A stretch of 64,000 nucleotides of DNA from Gemmatimonadales bacterium (GTDB lineage Bacteria; Gemmatimonadota; Gemmatimonadetes; Gemmatimonadales; GWC2-71-9): assembly GCA_025937755.1 (NCBI GenBank), contig JAICQR010000001.1:1542-65541 (forward strand). Reading direction: 5' to 3'. Below the pieces are notes generated by a model. That model was not told where the DNA came from. It saw nothing but the letters and a program-made list of their open reading frames with translations, and ran no database searches. Of this stretch, positions 8,552 through 18,033 are shown in pieces (position 1 is the first letter of the stretch; every line of letters begins with the position of its first letter). Position numbers and translations under genes: made by a program.

Positions 8552-10276
8552 GTGCACTCCCCCCTTCCTTGAATCCACACTCACCGTAATCGCCCCGCTT
8601 CCCTGCACGATCCACCGGACCGTCTCGGTCGCCATGCCCGCAACATTGTCCACCTCGATCCGCTCCGGATTACGCCGCTGCTCCACCGCGACGTTCTGCA
8701 GCGGGTCGGTGACCCGGAATCCGGCCAGCACCTGGCGCCCCGTGAGCGTCACGTAGTCCGGACGGGTGATGTGGTGCTCCAGATCCTGCTGGGTGTGGGT
8801 GGGAATGATCCGACGATTGGCGATGATGGCAGTCACTTCCGACAGCCCGTTGCCCAGTGCACGCACCGTCACCGAGTCCACTTCCACCCGCGGCATCTGG
8901 TCCGCATGATAGAGCGTGAACGCCATGTTGCGGTGCGCCTCAGCCGGCAGCAGAAATGCGGGTATGGCACGGGTGTACTGCTTCTTGTAGCCGCCGACCT
9001 CGATGGGACCGTACTCGGGATGGTCCACCGCCTTCCACGGCACGAATGCCTCACCCAGCAGTAGCAATCGGTCGAAGCGCATTTCATCGGAGTCGTAGCG
9101 GTCGCGCCGGGTTTCCTTCTGGAAATAGCCGAAGTCGCTCCACAGCTCATTGCTGAACGTGACCACGCCTCGAGAGCCATAGAACCAGTCCAGCTCACCG
9201 CCCCACACCGTGTACAGATCCTTCCAGACCACCATGTAGCGATATCCGGGCAGGATCTGCTCTCCGATCTCGCCGATCCGGTCAAAGACCCGCACATCCT
9301 GGGGCCGGAACTCGTCCTGCCGCATTCCCGGGCCACGCAGGATCATGCCGCCGGAGTTGTGGTAGCTCTGGGCGCCGGCGATGTTCTCGTGCGACATCAC
9401 GAAGTCCACCACCGCCCGGGTTTCGGGCAATGAGAGCGCGTAGGCATCGGATCCGCCCTGCACGTACTGCGGCTGCCAGCGCCAGGGCCAGTTGCGGTTG
9501 GGATCGTAGAATCCCTCGCCGTCCTCGTTCACCCGGCCGTCGCCGTCGTTGTCGCGGCCCTCGGCGCCCAGCATCTCCCATTCTCCCGGCTGGTCCGGCA
9601 GTGCGCGCACCATGTAGCGCGGGTCTTCGGGTGACGTAATCCACCGCCCGTTGGGATCGCGCCGGCGCATGCTGGTGATGTGGCCATCGCCGTCGAGGTC
9701 GTCGTATCCGTCCTCGTTGAGTTCCCCGTCATTGTCGTTGTCGCGCTCGCCCAGGCCACTGCGGGGCGAGTTCGGGTTGTTGGGCTGCTTGAGGAAGTTG
9801 TCACGACCGTCGGGATTGATCGTCGGCACGATATAGAACGTCTTGTGCGCAAGCAGCGAGTCCACCGCGGGAACCTGCCCCGCCATCTCGCACAGCCACC
9901 ATGCGGTGTAGAGCGCGATTTCGCTCCCCTGCACCTCATTCGAGTGGATATTGCCGTCGATGTACATCGCCGGCTTGGCGTCGGCCGCGCCAGTGCGGAA
10001 GTCGGTGACGGTGATGAGCCAGAGGTCGCGTCCCTCGATGCTCTTGCCAATGCTGCTCACGCGGCAGCGATCGGGGTGGGCGGCCTCCAGCTTCCGCGCC
10101 AGCTCCCCCAGGGTAGCGTGGTCGTAGTACCGGTCCCAGGTGATCACCACCTTGGGATTGGTTGGCGCACCCAGGGCAGCGAGCGAGCCCTGCTGTGCGA
10201 TGAGCGCATCGGGAGCAACGCTGGCGGCGAAGTACGCGAGCGCGAAGGCCGCGGCGACTCGATATGAACGGCGCAT
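8537..10276 (-). CDS. M14 family zinc carboxypeptidase, secreted
   Basis: Trimmed to Met36 (MRRSYRVAAAFALAYFAASVAP signal). SIGKSIEGRDLWLITVTD and MYIDGNIHSNEVQGSE (HxxE zinc site). Asp-rich inserts DNDNDGELNEDGYDDLDGDG. Confidence 0.8.
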   Translation of the reverse strand: MRRSYRVAAAFALAYFAASVAPDALIAQQGSLAALGAPTNPKVVITWDRYYDHATLGELARKLEAAHPDRCRVSSIGKSIEGRDLWLITVTDFRTGAADAKPAMYIDGNIHSNEVQGSEIALYTAWWLCEMAGQVPAVDSLLAHKTFYIVPTINPDGRDNFLKQPNNPNSPRSGLGERDNDNDGELNEDGYDDLDGDGHITSMRRRDPNGRWITSPEDPRYMVRALPDQPGEWEMLGAEGRDNDGDGRVNEDGEGFYDPNRNWPWRWQPQYVQGGSDAYALSLPETRAVVDFVMSHENIAGAQSYHNSGGMILRGPGMRQDEFRPQDVRVFDRIGEIGEQILPGYRYMVVWKDLYTVWGGELDWFYGSRGVVTFSNELWSDFGYFQKETRRDRYDSDEMRFDRLLLLGEAFVPWKAVDHPEYGPIEVGGYKKQYTRAIPAFLLPAEAHRNMAFTLYHADQMPRVEVDSVTVRALGNGLSEVTAIIANRRIIPTHTQQDLEHHITRPDYVTLTGRQVLAGFRVTDPLQNVAVEQRRNPERIEVDNVAGMATETVRWIVQGSGAITVSVDSRKGGVHSVRR

Positions 10277-10287
10277 GGTCGGGGCCC

Positions 10288-12087
10288 TCAACGAAGCGTG
10301 ATGGTCTGGGTGGCGCTGCCCGTAACGGGGCTCTGGGCGGTGAGTGTCACCCGCGAACCGGCGGACCCGCGCACCAGCCACGTGTGCTCCACCCCTGCGC
10401 CGCTTCCCGGCAACGGCTCGAGCAGATCCTGCCGCCGGCCGCCGACAATCGTCGCACCGTCCGGCACCGCGAGCTGCACTCGCACCGGCCTTGGCATCCG
10501 CAGCCGGATTCCTACTTCGGTTGAGCTCGGCAGATACCCGTCATTGGCGATTTCGGCCCGGATGCGGAACAGTCCGCTGCCCAGCGCCTCCACCCGCACT
10601 TTGCGGATCGACACGGCGGGCAGCAGTGACACCAGCTCCTTCACGAACTCCGCCTGCCCCGCGGCGATGGTGTCAAGCATGGCCGCCGGCGGATTGGTCA
10701 GCGCATACGGACGGAAGCCTCCCAACTCGACCACCTGGCCCGGAAAGTCCGGATGGTCTATCGCATGCCAGGCAATCACTGACTCGGGCGCGTAGCGATC
10801 GAGCCACTTGATCGCCTTACGCTGCGCCTCGAGCGGATCCTTCTTCTTGTCGTCCCCACCGCCACCTCGCCCCGCTCTTCCACCCGCTCTCGCCGAGTCC
10901 GCCTTGGTCGAGTCAGCTTTCTCTACCGGCACACCATCAACTTCATCGTTCTTTTCATCGACTTCATCGGTGGACGTGGATGCGGACCACACGCTCGATC
11001 CGAACGCCCACCGTCCCACGTGGAAGTAAGCCCAGCTCAGCGGATCACCGCCCCAGGCCGGCACCTCGGCCCCGGCCTTGATGCCGGTGATGTCGCGGAA
11101 TCGCCGGGCGACCTCCGCCATCCACGGTTCGTCATCCTTGAGGATCGCGCGCAGCGGACCGCCGGCGGAGGTTCCCGGCCGGGTACCTTCAGTGGGGAGC
11201 GCCTTCCCCTCCCATGCCTTGATGAGATTGTCCTCGGGACCCAGCACGTAGATCGCCGCGATGCCGGGATGGTCCACCATCACTTGTCCAATCGCGCGCG
11301 TCTCGGCGGCTGACATGGTATGGGGGCCGGATGCCTCGCCAAAATCCGGATAATCGTAGGAGAAGTTGTCGCCGACGTTGACACCACCGGCGGGATCCTC
11401 GTTCCACTTCTCGTCGCCATCGTTGTCGCGACCTTCGGTGAACATCCGGAAGCGGCCCCGATCACCCTTGGACCGATCGCCCTTCCGCATCAGGCGCGCA
11501 TCGGCCGAATCGGCGAGCCAGTCGCCGGCGGGATCCTCCACCCGCATCATTGCGATCACCCCATCGCCGTCGAGGTCTTCGGGCCCATCCTCCTCGAACG
11601 CGCCGTCATGGTCGTCGTCCACCCGCTCCTGGTTGCGGATAGACTCCATCAGCGGCCGGGTGAACATCGCCTCTGCCGCGTCGGGATTGGCCCTCGGCAA
11701 GAGGTAGATGGCCGAGCGCTCCAGCGCCGAGCGCACCGTGGTGTCGCTGGCGTAGGCAGCGGCGAGGCGCTCGGTCACCCGCAGTGCCACCTCACTGCCC
11801 ACCACGTGGGGGCCGTGGGCATTGGCGATGATCAGCAGCGCGGGACGCTCCTCATCACTGGCGCTGCCCAGTCGCACCAGGGTGAGTGGCCGCCCACCCG
11901 CCGAAGTGCCGACGGTACTCACAGATACCAGGCGCGGATGCTGCCGCGCGAGATTGTCGAAGGCGGCCCGGAGCGCCCGGCCATCGTGGTAGCCGGGGGC
12001 GGGAGACTGGGCATGGAGGACGGGAGCGAGGCACGCGGCTGACAGCGCCGCCACGCCGATGCGGGCGAACAGGGTCGGAAGAGTCAT
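10288..12087 (-). CDS. M14 family zinc carboxypeptidase paralog, secreted
   Basis: Trimmed to Met51 (MTLPTLFARIGVAALSAACLAPVLHA). LLIIANAHGPHVVGSE. DDDHDGAFEEDGPEDLDGDG insert. Confidence 0.75.
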   Translation of the reverse strand: MTLPTLFARIGVAALSAACLAPVLHAQSPAPGYHDGRALRAAFDNLARQHPRLVSVSTVGTSAGGRPLTLVRLGSASDEERPALLIIANAHGPHVVGSEVALRVTERLAAAYASDTTVRSALERSAIYLLPRANPDAAEAMFTRPLMESIRNQERVDDDHDGAFEEDGPEDLDGDGVIAMMRVEDPAGDWLADSADARLMRKGDRSKGDRGRFRMFTEGRDNDGDEKWNEDPAGGVNVGDNFSYDYPDFGEASGPHTMSAAETRAIGQVMVDHPGIAAIYVLGPEDNLIKAWEGKALPTEGTRPGTSAGGPLRAILKDDEPWMAEVARRFRDITGIKAGAEVPAWGGDPLSWAYFHVGRWAFGSSVWSASTSTDEVDEKNDEVDGVPVEKADSTKADSARAGGRAGRGGGGDDKKKDPLEAQRKAIKWLDRYAPESVIAWHAIDHPDFPGQVVELGGFRPYALTNPPAAMLDTIAAGQAEFVKELVSLLPAVSIRKVRVEALGSGLFRIRAEIANDGYLPSSTEVGIRLRMPRPVRVQLAVPDGATIVGGRRQDLLEPLPGSGAGVEHTWLVRGSAGSRVTLTAQSPVTGSATQTITLR

Positions 12088-12154
12088 CCGTTGCGTGTCG
12101 AGGTGGGACCGAATGGCCGGGGGAGGCCGGTCGGGGAAAGTGGGGCGACGAGTC

Positions 12155-12292
12155 GCGAGGCGCAAGGCGCAAGGCGCGAGGCGCGAGGCGCAACGCGCGA
12201 GGGGGCGAAGCAAAGTGGCGGAGCGCCCATTCGGCACCCCGCCACCTTCGCTTCAAACTCGAGACTCGAGGCTCGAGACTTGCGCCTCGCGA
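12155..12292. repeat. Inverted heptamer arrays (GCGAGGC/GCAAGGC x7 ... CTCGAGA/CTTGCGC x5)
   Basis: Array 12155-12203 and partly complementary array 12258-12292, separated by about 55 nt. It fills an intergenic gap. Confidence 0.85.
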
Positions 12293-12293
12293 A

Positions 12294-13178
12294 TTAGTCT
12301 TGCACCACGATCAAGTACCGCGACCCGGCCCAGAAGTTCTCCGGCTCGGCGATGTGGATCTGGCCCTCGACCTTGTTTCCATCCTCGACCGCATTGGCGA
12401 GGAACTGGGAGTTCTGGCGAGAGATGATCTTGTACTCCTTCTCCGGATCCGGGAGCGTCAGCACCGTGTCGTTCATCCGGTGCAGCACCTGGAAGCCGGT
12501 GCCGTTCAACTCACGCGCCGGGAGCAGGCGGGTGCCGCCGAAGACCAGGAACTTCGATCCCTCCTTGATGGCGACGCCCTTCTCGATCAGCTCCTTCTCG
12601 GTGCCGACCGCGTAGTACACCGTGTTCATGGTGTCCACCAGCGCCTGCTTCTCGGTCTCGACCATCGTCTTCTGCGCCGTCACGGTGTCCAGATTGGTCT
12701 GGAGCGCGACGATCTGCACCTTCTGGCTGTCGATCTGCGCAATGTATTCGGCCTGCTGCTTCTCGATGGTGGCCTGCATCTCGTTGATGGTGCCCTGGTA
12801 GCGCTCGATCTGCGCAACCAGCCGCGAATCCTTCCGCTCGATCGTGGCGAGCCGCTCCTTGGCCGCTTCGAGCGCATCCTCGCTGGCCTGCAGCCGGGTG
12901 ATGGCGTCGCGAATCTTGCCCAGCACGACCGTCCGCTGGTCGTTGGCGCTGGCGCCAGCCTCACCGGCAGCGACCGGGTTGGCACCCAGGTCCTTGACCT
13001 TGGCCAGCTCGGCGTTGATCGAGCTCACCATCTCCGCGTTGTACAGCACCTCATTCAAGAGGCTGTCCTTCTCCGCTGCCACGCGGGTGTTCTCGGCAAG
13101 CGCCGCGTCGAGCTTCTTCTTGTCAGCGCAGCCCACTGCCACCAGGGCCACCATGGCCAGAACCAAATACTTGCGCAT
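12294..13178 (-). CDS. Coiled-coil lipoprotein, function unknown
   Basis: Lipobox MRKYLVLAMVALVAVGCADKK. Long heptad-like Q/E/A-rich stretch. High GC3. Confidence 0.7.
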   Translation of the reverse strand: MRKYLVLAMVALVAVGCADKKKLDAALAENTRVAAEKDSLLNEVLYNAEMVSSINAELAKVKDLGANPVAAGEAGASANDQRTVVLGKIRDAITRLQASEDALEAAKERLATIERKDSRLVAQIERYQGTINEMQATIEKQQAEYIAQIDSQKVQIVALQTNLDTVTAQKTMVETEKQALVDTMNTVYYAVGTEKELIEKGVAIKEGSKFLVFGGTRLLPARELNGTGFQVLHRMNDTVLTLPDPEKEYKIISRQNSQFLANAVEDGNKVEGQIHIAEPENFWAGSRYLIVVQD

Positions 13179-13302
13179 ATACGGGATCCCCCTCGGGTCA
13201 ACGCGCCCGACCGGCCGACTCCCCAGCCGGCTGCCGAACGCGCTTCTACTACTGGCCCTAATCTAGGAAGCGTCAACGTTTCGTGTCGTGACGGCCATCA
13301 CA

Positions 13303-13397
13303 GGGATCAGGGGTCAGGGATCAGGGGTCAGGGATCAGGGGCCAGGGATCGGAGCCGAGGGCTGTGGCCCTGATCCCTGATCCCCGGCCCCTAACCC
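13303..13397. repeat. G-rich heptamer array (GGGATCA/GGGGTCA x7) with complementary arm
   Basis: 13303-13351 holds seven G3-4 runs with 3-4 nt loops on the plus strand. 13366-13397 (GGCCCTGATCCCTGATCCCC...) is the inverted arm. Confidence 0.9.
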
Positions 13398-13970
13398 CTA
13401 GCCGTTATACAGCACCCCTTCCCCTTCCTTATAAAGCGCCAGCACTGCCCGGGCCTCGGCCCGGAGCGGCCCTGCCTCGAACACCACCCCACGGGCCGCC
13501 AGGTAGCGGTGATCCTCGGGCGAGACCGGGCCCTCCTCGAAGCCCAGTTCGCGGGCATCCACCCCATGGGCGGCGAAGCTCACTCGCCGCACCCCGCTCC
13601 AGAGCGCCGCACCCATGCACATGGCGCAGGGCTCGCAGGACGTGAACAACTCGTGCTCGGGCAGCCCGGGCCCATGGAGTGTAAACGATTCCAGCCGGCG
13701 TCCCGCCAGCGAGAATGCCACCATCTCGGCGTGGAGGGTGCAGTCGTGCGCCGGGACCACGAGGTTAACGCCCACCGACACCAGCCTGCCGCTCTCCCGC
13801 TCGAAGATCGCCGCGCCGAATGGCCCGCCGGTCCGGTGCTCGACGTTCTGCCGCGACAACTCGACAGCGAGCGCCATCCGCTCGGCGTCGGAGGCGTACG
13901 TGGCGCCCCAGTCCACCTTGGAGCCGACCCAGGACGGCAACTCATAGCGCGCCGAGAGCACTGGCTTCAT
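13398..13970 (-). CDS. CMP/dCMP-type nucleoside (guanine/cytosine/tRNA-adenosine family) deaminase
   Basis: Zinc motifs CTLHAEMVAF and TSCEPCAMCMGAALWSG. Confidence 0.8.
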   Translation of the reverse strand: MKPVLSARYELPSWVGSKVDWGATYASDAERMALAVELSRQNVEHRTGGPFGAAIFERESGRLVSVGVNLVVPAHDCTLHAEMVAFSLAGRRLESFTLHGPGLPEHELFTSCEPCAMCMGAALWSGVRRVSFAAHGVDARELGFEEGPVSPEDHRYLAARGVVFEAGPLRAEARAVLALYKEGEGVLYNG

Positions 13971-14061
13971 TGAAGTCCGCAGGGTGGTAGTGTTATTGTG
14001 GCCGGAGAGACAGAGGCCTCCGAAGCTGGAGCCATCAGCTTCATCGCTTTACCCATCAGCT

Positions 14062-14712
14062 TCATCTGTGGACCGGCATGTCCATCGATTGATAGTCCGC
14101 CGGTACCACGAACTTCGCATCGTCCACCGGACCCGGCGTGATCTCGGTGACCTCCATGAGCACGTTGCCGCTCTTCGGGTCCCGGATCCGCAGTGTGAAG
14201 AAGTCCTGCAGCTCCTCGGCCCACGCAGGAATCCCCTTCTGCGACGCGCTACCAGCGAACGTTCCCATTCCGCGGGCGCCGCACAGCTCGGCGGCATTGC
14301 CCGTGCCATCGTCCACCAGGACGATATCGCATTTTCTCCCCGCCACCTCGGCCGTCTCCCCGGTGCGCGAGACCTTCGGCTCCGGCGCCCCGGCGCTCAG
14401 CTCCTCCATGTCCAGCGACTGGCGCATCACCATCTTCTGCTCCGGCATCACCATGAGCATCTGCTTGGCGTCGTTGTCGAGGATGGTGTACATGGACATA
14501 CCGTTCATGTTCATGTCGGTCCGGACCCGGTTGCCCTTGACGAACATCTGGGCTGAGTGGGCCTGGCCGCCAATGGGCATCGACATCGTGATCTGGCCCT
14601 CAAAGGCCTTCTGGGCCGCGAGCGGGGCAGGCAGGGCGAGTATGGCCAGGGCAGCGACAGCGGCGATTCGGCGCACGGGATCCTCGGGACAGTGGTAGGT
14701 GTTTCCAGGCAC
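14062..14712 (-). CDS. DUF4412-like periplasmic protein
   Basis: Signal VRRIAAVAALAILALPAPLAAQ. Met-rich beta-rich body with KGNRVRTDMNMNG and a C-terminal FVVPADYQ motif. The start within the ORF is uncertain. Confidence 0.55.
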   Translation of the reverse strand: MPGNTYHCPEDPVRRIAAVAALAILALPAPLAAQKAFEGQITMSMPIGGQAHSAQMFVKGNRVRTDMNMNGMSMYTILDNDAKQMLMVMPEQKMVMRQSLDMEELSAGAPEPKVSRTGETAEVAGRKCDIVLVDDGTGNAAELCGARGMGTFAGSASQKGIPAWAEELQDFFTLRIRDPKSGNVLMEVTEITPGPVDDAKFVVPADYQSMDMPVHR

Positions 14713-14737
14713 ACGTCACCCAAGAATAGCCGGACGT

Positions 14738-15008
14738 GGGGATTATAGGGATTCTGGGACGCAGATTACGCAGATTGGGATATTGCGATGTCGCCGATGG
14801 TACGTCGAACGGCTGCCTTCCTCTCCCGCGCGGATTCGATCTTGTAGTTTTTGGGGCTGCAACAACTCATCGCGTGATCCCACAAGAACAAGCGCGCCGA
14901 CGATGGCGCGGCGCGACTCACCCTCCCGGTGCTGGAGCCTCCAGCGAAATCGCTGTGTCCAAATCAGCGTAATCTGCGTCTCAGCATCTGCGAAATCTGC
15001 GGTTGCAG
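14738..15008. repeat. Composite palindromic intergenic element (copy B)
   Basis: Left arm GCAGATT ACGCAGATT. Core TTTTTGGGG...CCCACAAGAACAAGCGCGCC. Right arm AATCTGCGT..ATCTGCGAAATCTGCG. Shares the GCGATGTCGCC block with copies C and D. Confidence 0.7.
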
Positions 15009-15015
15009 TTGCTGT

Positions 15016-18000
15016 TCATGGCTTTCCCCCTCCACCACCCACCATTGCAGGAACCACGAACATCGCTCCCAACGTTCCCGCGACAGTACCGCCCACCGTC
15101 GCCAGCGCGATGGACCCGAAGAGGCTCGCCGAGTCAGTCCCGATCGCCAGTGGCAGCAGGCTGGCCAGCGTGGTGAATGTCACCAGCACGATCATCCCCG
15201 ACCGTTCACCCGCGGCATCCACCACATCCTGCACACTGAGCCGCCGAGCCCCCGGGCCGCGAAGGCGCCGCTTCTCCAGCGCGGCATCGACCAGGAGAAT
15301 CGCCTGGTTCACCGCGAGCCCCACCACCAGGATCACGCCCACGGCGGCCTCCCGCGCGAATGCTTCCTCCGCGATCCAGAACGCGGCCACCACTCCGCCC
15401 AATGATACCGGCAGACTCAGGAACACGATCGCAGCAGCCCACACCGAGTCGAATACCATCGCCACCGCCAACACCACCAGCAGCACGCCGATGCCGAACA
15501 CCAGCCACAGCCCCTTGTTGCTGTCGTCGCGCTCCCACTCGAACGTCTGGTCGCCCACCCAGTAGCCTGGCGGCACGCTGATGGCTTCCATGAAGGCATC
15601 GTGGGTACGCTGAGCCAGCTTGGGCGGGCCCCGGAACTCGTAGCCCACGATCCGGACGTATTGCTGGTCCTCTCTGCTGATCGATGAAAGCCCTTCCACC
15701 TCTGACACCGTCGACACGTCGCCCAGCCGCACCGGCGATCCCAGCGGGCTCGGCAGCATTGCCTCCGAGAGCTGCGCCAGCGTGCGATCACGTGCGCCAC
15801 TCCGCTTGAGCATCACATCGGTTTCCTCGCCACCCACCTCGATCCGCTGTGCCCCGACGGCACCCCGGACCTCGCGCGCCACCGCCTGGCCAAAGTCCTG
15901 GGCGGTAAGCCCGTAGCGGGCCAGTGCGACGCGATCCGGCTCCAGCACCACCGACACAGCGCGTTCGCGCGAGTAGAAACTGCCCATGTTGATATCGACG
16001 TCGCGCACCCTGGGGATCCGCTCCAGCCGGCGTTTCAGGTCCATCGCCAGCTGCTCCACTCCATCGTATGAGTAGCCCAGCAGTTTGATCCGATAGTTCG
16101 AGACGCCGCCTCCACCACCGCCGCCATAGAAACCGGGCCCTCGGCCCTGCACCGATACCCGTGCCCCACCGATCAGGAGTGCCCGCTGGGTCAGCGCCTC
16201 CTGCAATTCGTAGGGAAGCGGGCCCATGCCGGCTTCGTTCTCGAACACCACCTGCATGTACGCGCCATCCGGTGACCCGCGGGTTTCGACGTGCTCCACT
16301 CCCGGTACACCTACCGCCAACGCCTCGAACTCCCGCATGCCCCGATCGACGCTCTCGGGATCCGAGCCGCGCGGGAAGTAGAGGCTGGCTGAAAGCACCG
16401 TTCGCTGGCCGTAAAAGAACGCGCCAAAGCTGGACTTGGGCACCTTCTTCACGAAGGCCCATGCCATGAGGCCCACGAAGCCGGCGGCAATCATTAGCGT
16501 CGCCCAGCGCCAGCGTGTCAGCCCGCGAACGATTCGCTCATAGAACCGCCGGCTGCGAGGCCATCCGGACTGATGCATGCCGTGACCCTCGCCCAGCGCC
16601 GGGATCATGATGACCGACGCCGCCACGGACCAGCCGAGTGCCAGCGCGAATGCGGCGGCGAACGGAATGAACGTGGCGCGGGCGTTGCCCTGGAGATACA
16701 GGAACGGAAAAAGCACCACGGCGGTGGTAAGTGTGGCGCCTACCACCGCGGGAAGGATGCGCCGGCTGGCGGCCGCCCGGCCGCTGACGGTGTCGGGCGC
16801 GTCCCGCATCTGCTGCACCACCACCAGGCCGTTCTGCACCAGAATCCCGATGCCCATGCCGAGGCCCGCGAGCGTCAGCAGGTTCGCCGGAATGTTCAGC
16901 AGGAAGAGGCCGAGCGCCGTGCCGGCGATCGCCACCGCGGCGCTCCCCATCACCAGTGCCACTGACCGCGCATTGCGGAGGGTCAGGGCCAGCACCAGCA
17001 GCACTGCCACGAAAGCGATGGATCCCCGCAGCACCAGTTCCTTCAACTGTTTGGCCAGGTCCACGCTTTCGTCGCTCTGCAGCCGCACCTGCACCCCGGC
17101 CGGGAGCTCCGGTTCGGTGGCACGCACCGCCTCGCGCACCGCCGCAGCGGTCTTGATCGCGTCGGCGCCAGGAAGGCGGGAGACCATCAGCCCCACCGCC
17201 GTACGGCCATTCATGCGATAGAAGTAGCCTCGGTCATCTTCCTCCGGGCGAATCGTGGCGAGGTCGCCCAGCCGGTGCACCAGTCCGCCCGGCCCCACCA
17301 CCGGCTGCTCATCCAGTTCGGCCAGCACCGCGGGCTGGTCCTCGATGCGCACCGCTAGCTGAAAGGCACCTTCGCTGTGCTCGCCCACAGCCCTGACGAA
17401 TCGGGAGTCGGTGAGCGCCACTCGCAACGCCTCCGGCGCGATGCCCAGTGCCCGCAACCGATCGCCATCGTACGCCACCGAAATGCCGATGCTCGCACCG
17501 CCCTGCGGTCTCACCCCGGCGACGCCTTTCGTTGCCGAAATGCGGGGCACCAGCTGCTCGTCGGTGATGTCCTTGAGAGCCCCCGGCGTGTACGGTCCTG
17601 ACACGATGAACCGCAGCAGCGGCTCTTCCTCGAGGCCATCGGGCACGTAGTTGGAGACACTGGGACCACTGGAGCCGGCAGGCAACTCCGGGCGGAGCAC
17701 TTCGAGCCGCTCGAGGATATTGAGGCGGGCGAGCTGGACATCGGTGCCCGCGTCCAGCTCGACCTGGATCTGGGCGCTGCCCTCGGAGGATGTGCTTTCG
17801 GACGACTTGACGCCGCGCACCGGCTGGATCGCCGCCTCGATGGGCGACGTGAGATACATCTCCACCAGCTCGGCAGCGGCACCAGGCCACTGGGCGTCCA
17901 CGCTGAGTGTCGGCAGCTCAACCTGGCCCCGCGTGGCCAAGGGCAGGCGGGTGAAGGCCACGCCTCCCGCGAGAAGCAGCGCAATGCTGCTGGCCCAGAC

Positions 18001-18033
18001 GACGGCCGGACGCTCAGTCGCCCATCGGATCAT
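15016..18033 (-). CDS. RND efflux permease (AcrB/HAE family), second of a tandem pair
   Basis: 1005 aa with an AcrB-type N-terminus MIRWATERPAVVWASSIALLLAGG and 12-TM/large-loop organisation. ATGA overlap with the upstream RND gene. Confidence 0.85.
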   Translation of the reverse strand: MIRWATERPAVVWASSIALLLAGGVAFTRLPLATRGQVELPTLSVDAQWPGAAAELVEMYLTSPIEAAIQPVRGVKSSESTSSEGSAQIQVELDAGTDVQLARLNILERLEVLRPELPAGSSGPSVSNYVPDGLEEEPLLRFIVSGPYTPGALKDITDEQLVPRISATKGVAGVRPQGGASIGISVAYDGDRLRALGIAPEALRVALTDSRFVRAVGEHSEGAFQLAVRIEDQPAVLAELDEQPVVGPGGLVHRLGDLATIRPEEDDRGYFYRMNGRTAVGLMVSRLPGADAIKTAAAVREAVRATEPELPAGVQVRLQSDESVDLAKQLKELVLRGSIAFVAVLLVLALTLRNARSVALVMGSAAVAIAGTALGLFLLNIPANLLTLAGLGMGIGILVQNGLVVVQQMRDAPDTVSGRAAASRRILPAVVGATLTTAVVLFPFLYLQGNARATFIPFAAAFALALGWSVAASVIMIPALGEGHGMHQSGWPRSRRFYERIVRGLTRWRWATLMIAAGFVGLMAWAFVKKVPKSSFGAFFYGQRTVLSASLYFPRGSDPESVDRGMREFEALAVGVPGVEHVETRGSPDGAYMQVVFENEAGMGPLPYELQEALTQRALLIGGARVSVQGRGPGFYGGGGGGGVSNYRIKLLGYSYDGVEQLAMDLKRRLERIPRVRDVDINMGSFYSRERAVSVVLEPDRVALARYGLTAQDFGQAVAREVRGAVGAQRIEVGGEETDVMLKRSGARDRTLAQLSEAMLPSPLGSPVRLGDVSTVSEVEGLSSISREDQQYVRIVGYEFRGPPKLAQRTHDAFMEAISVPPGYWVGDQTFEWERDDSNKGLWLVFGIGVLLVVLAVAMVFDSVWAAAIVFLSLPVSLGGVVAAFWIAEEAFAREAAVGVILVVGLAVNQAILLVDAALEKRRLRGPGARRLSVQDVVDAAGERSGMIVLVTFTTLASLLPLAIGTDSASLFGSIALATVGGTVAGTLGAMFVVPAMVGGGGGKP

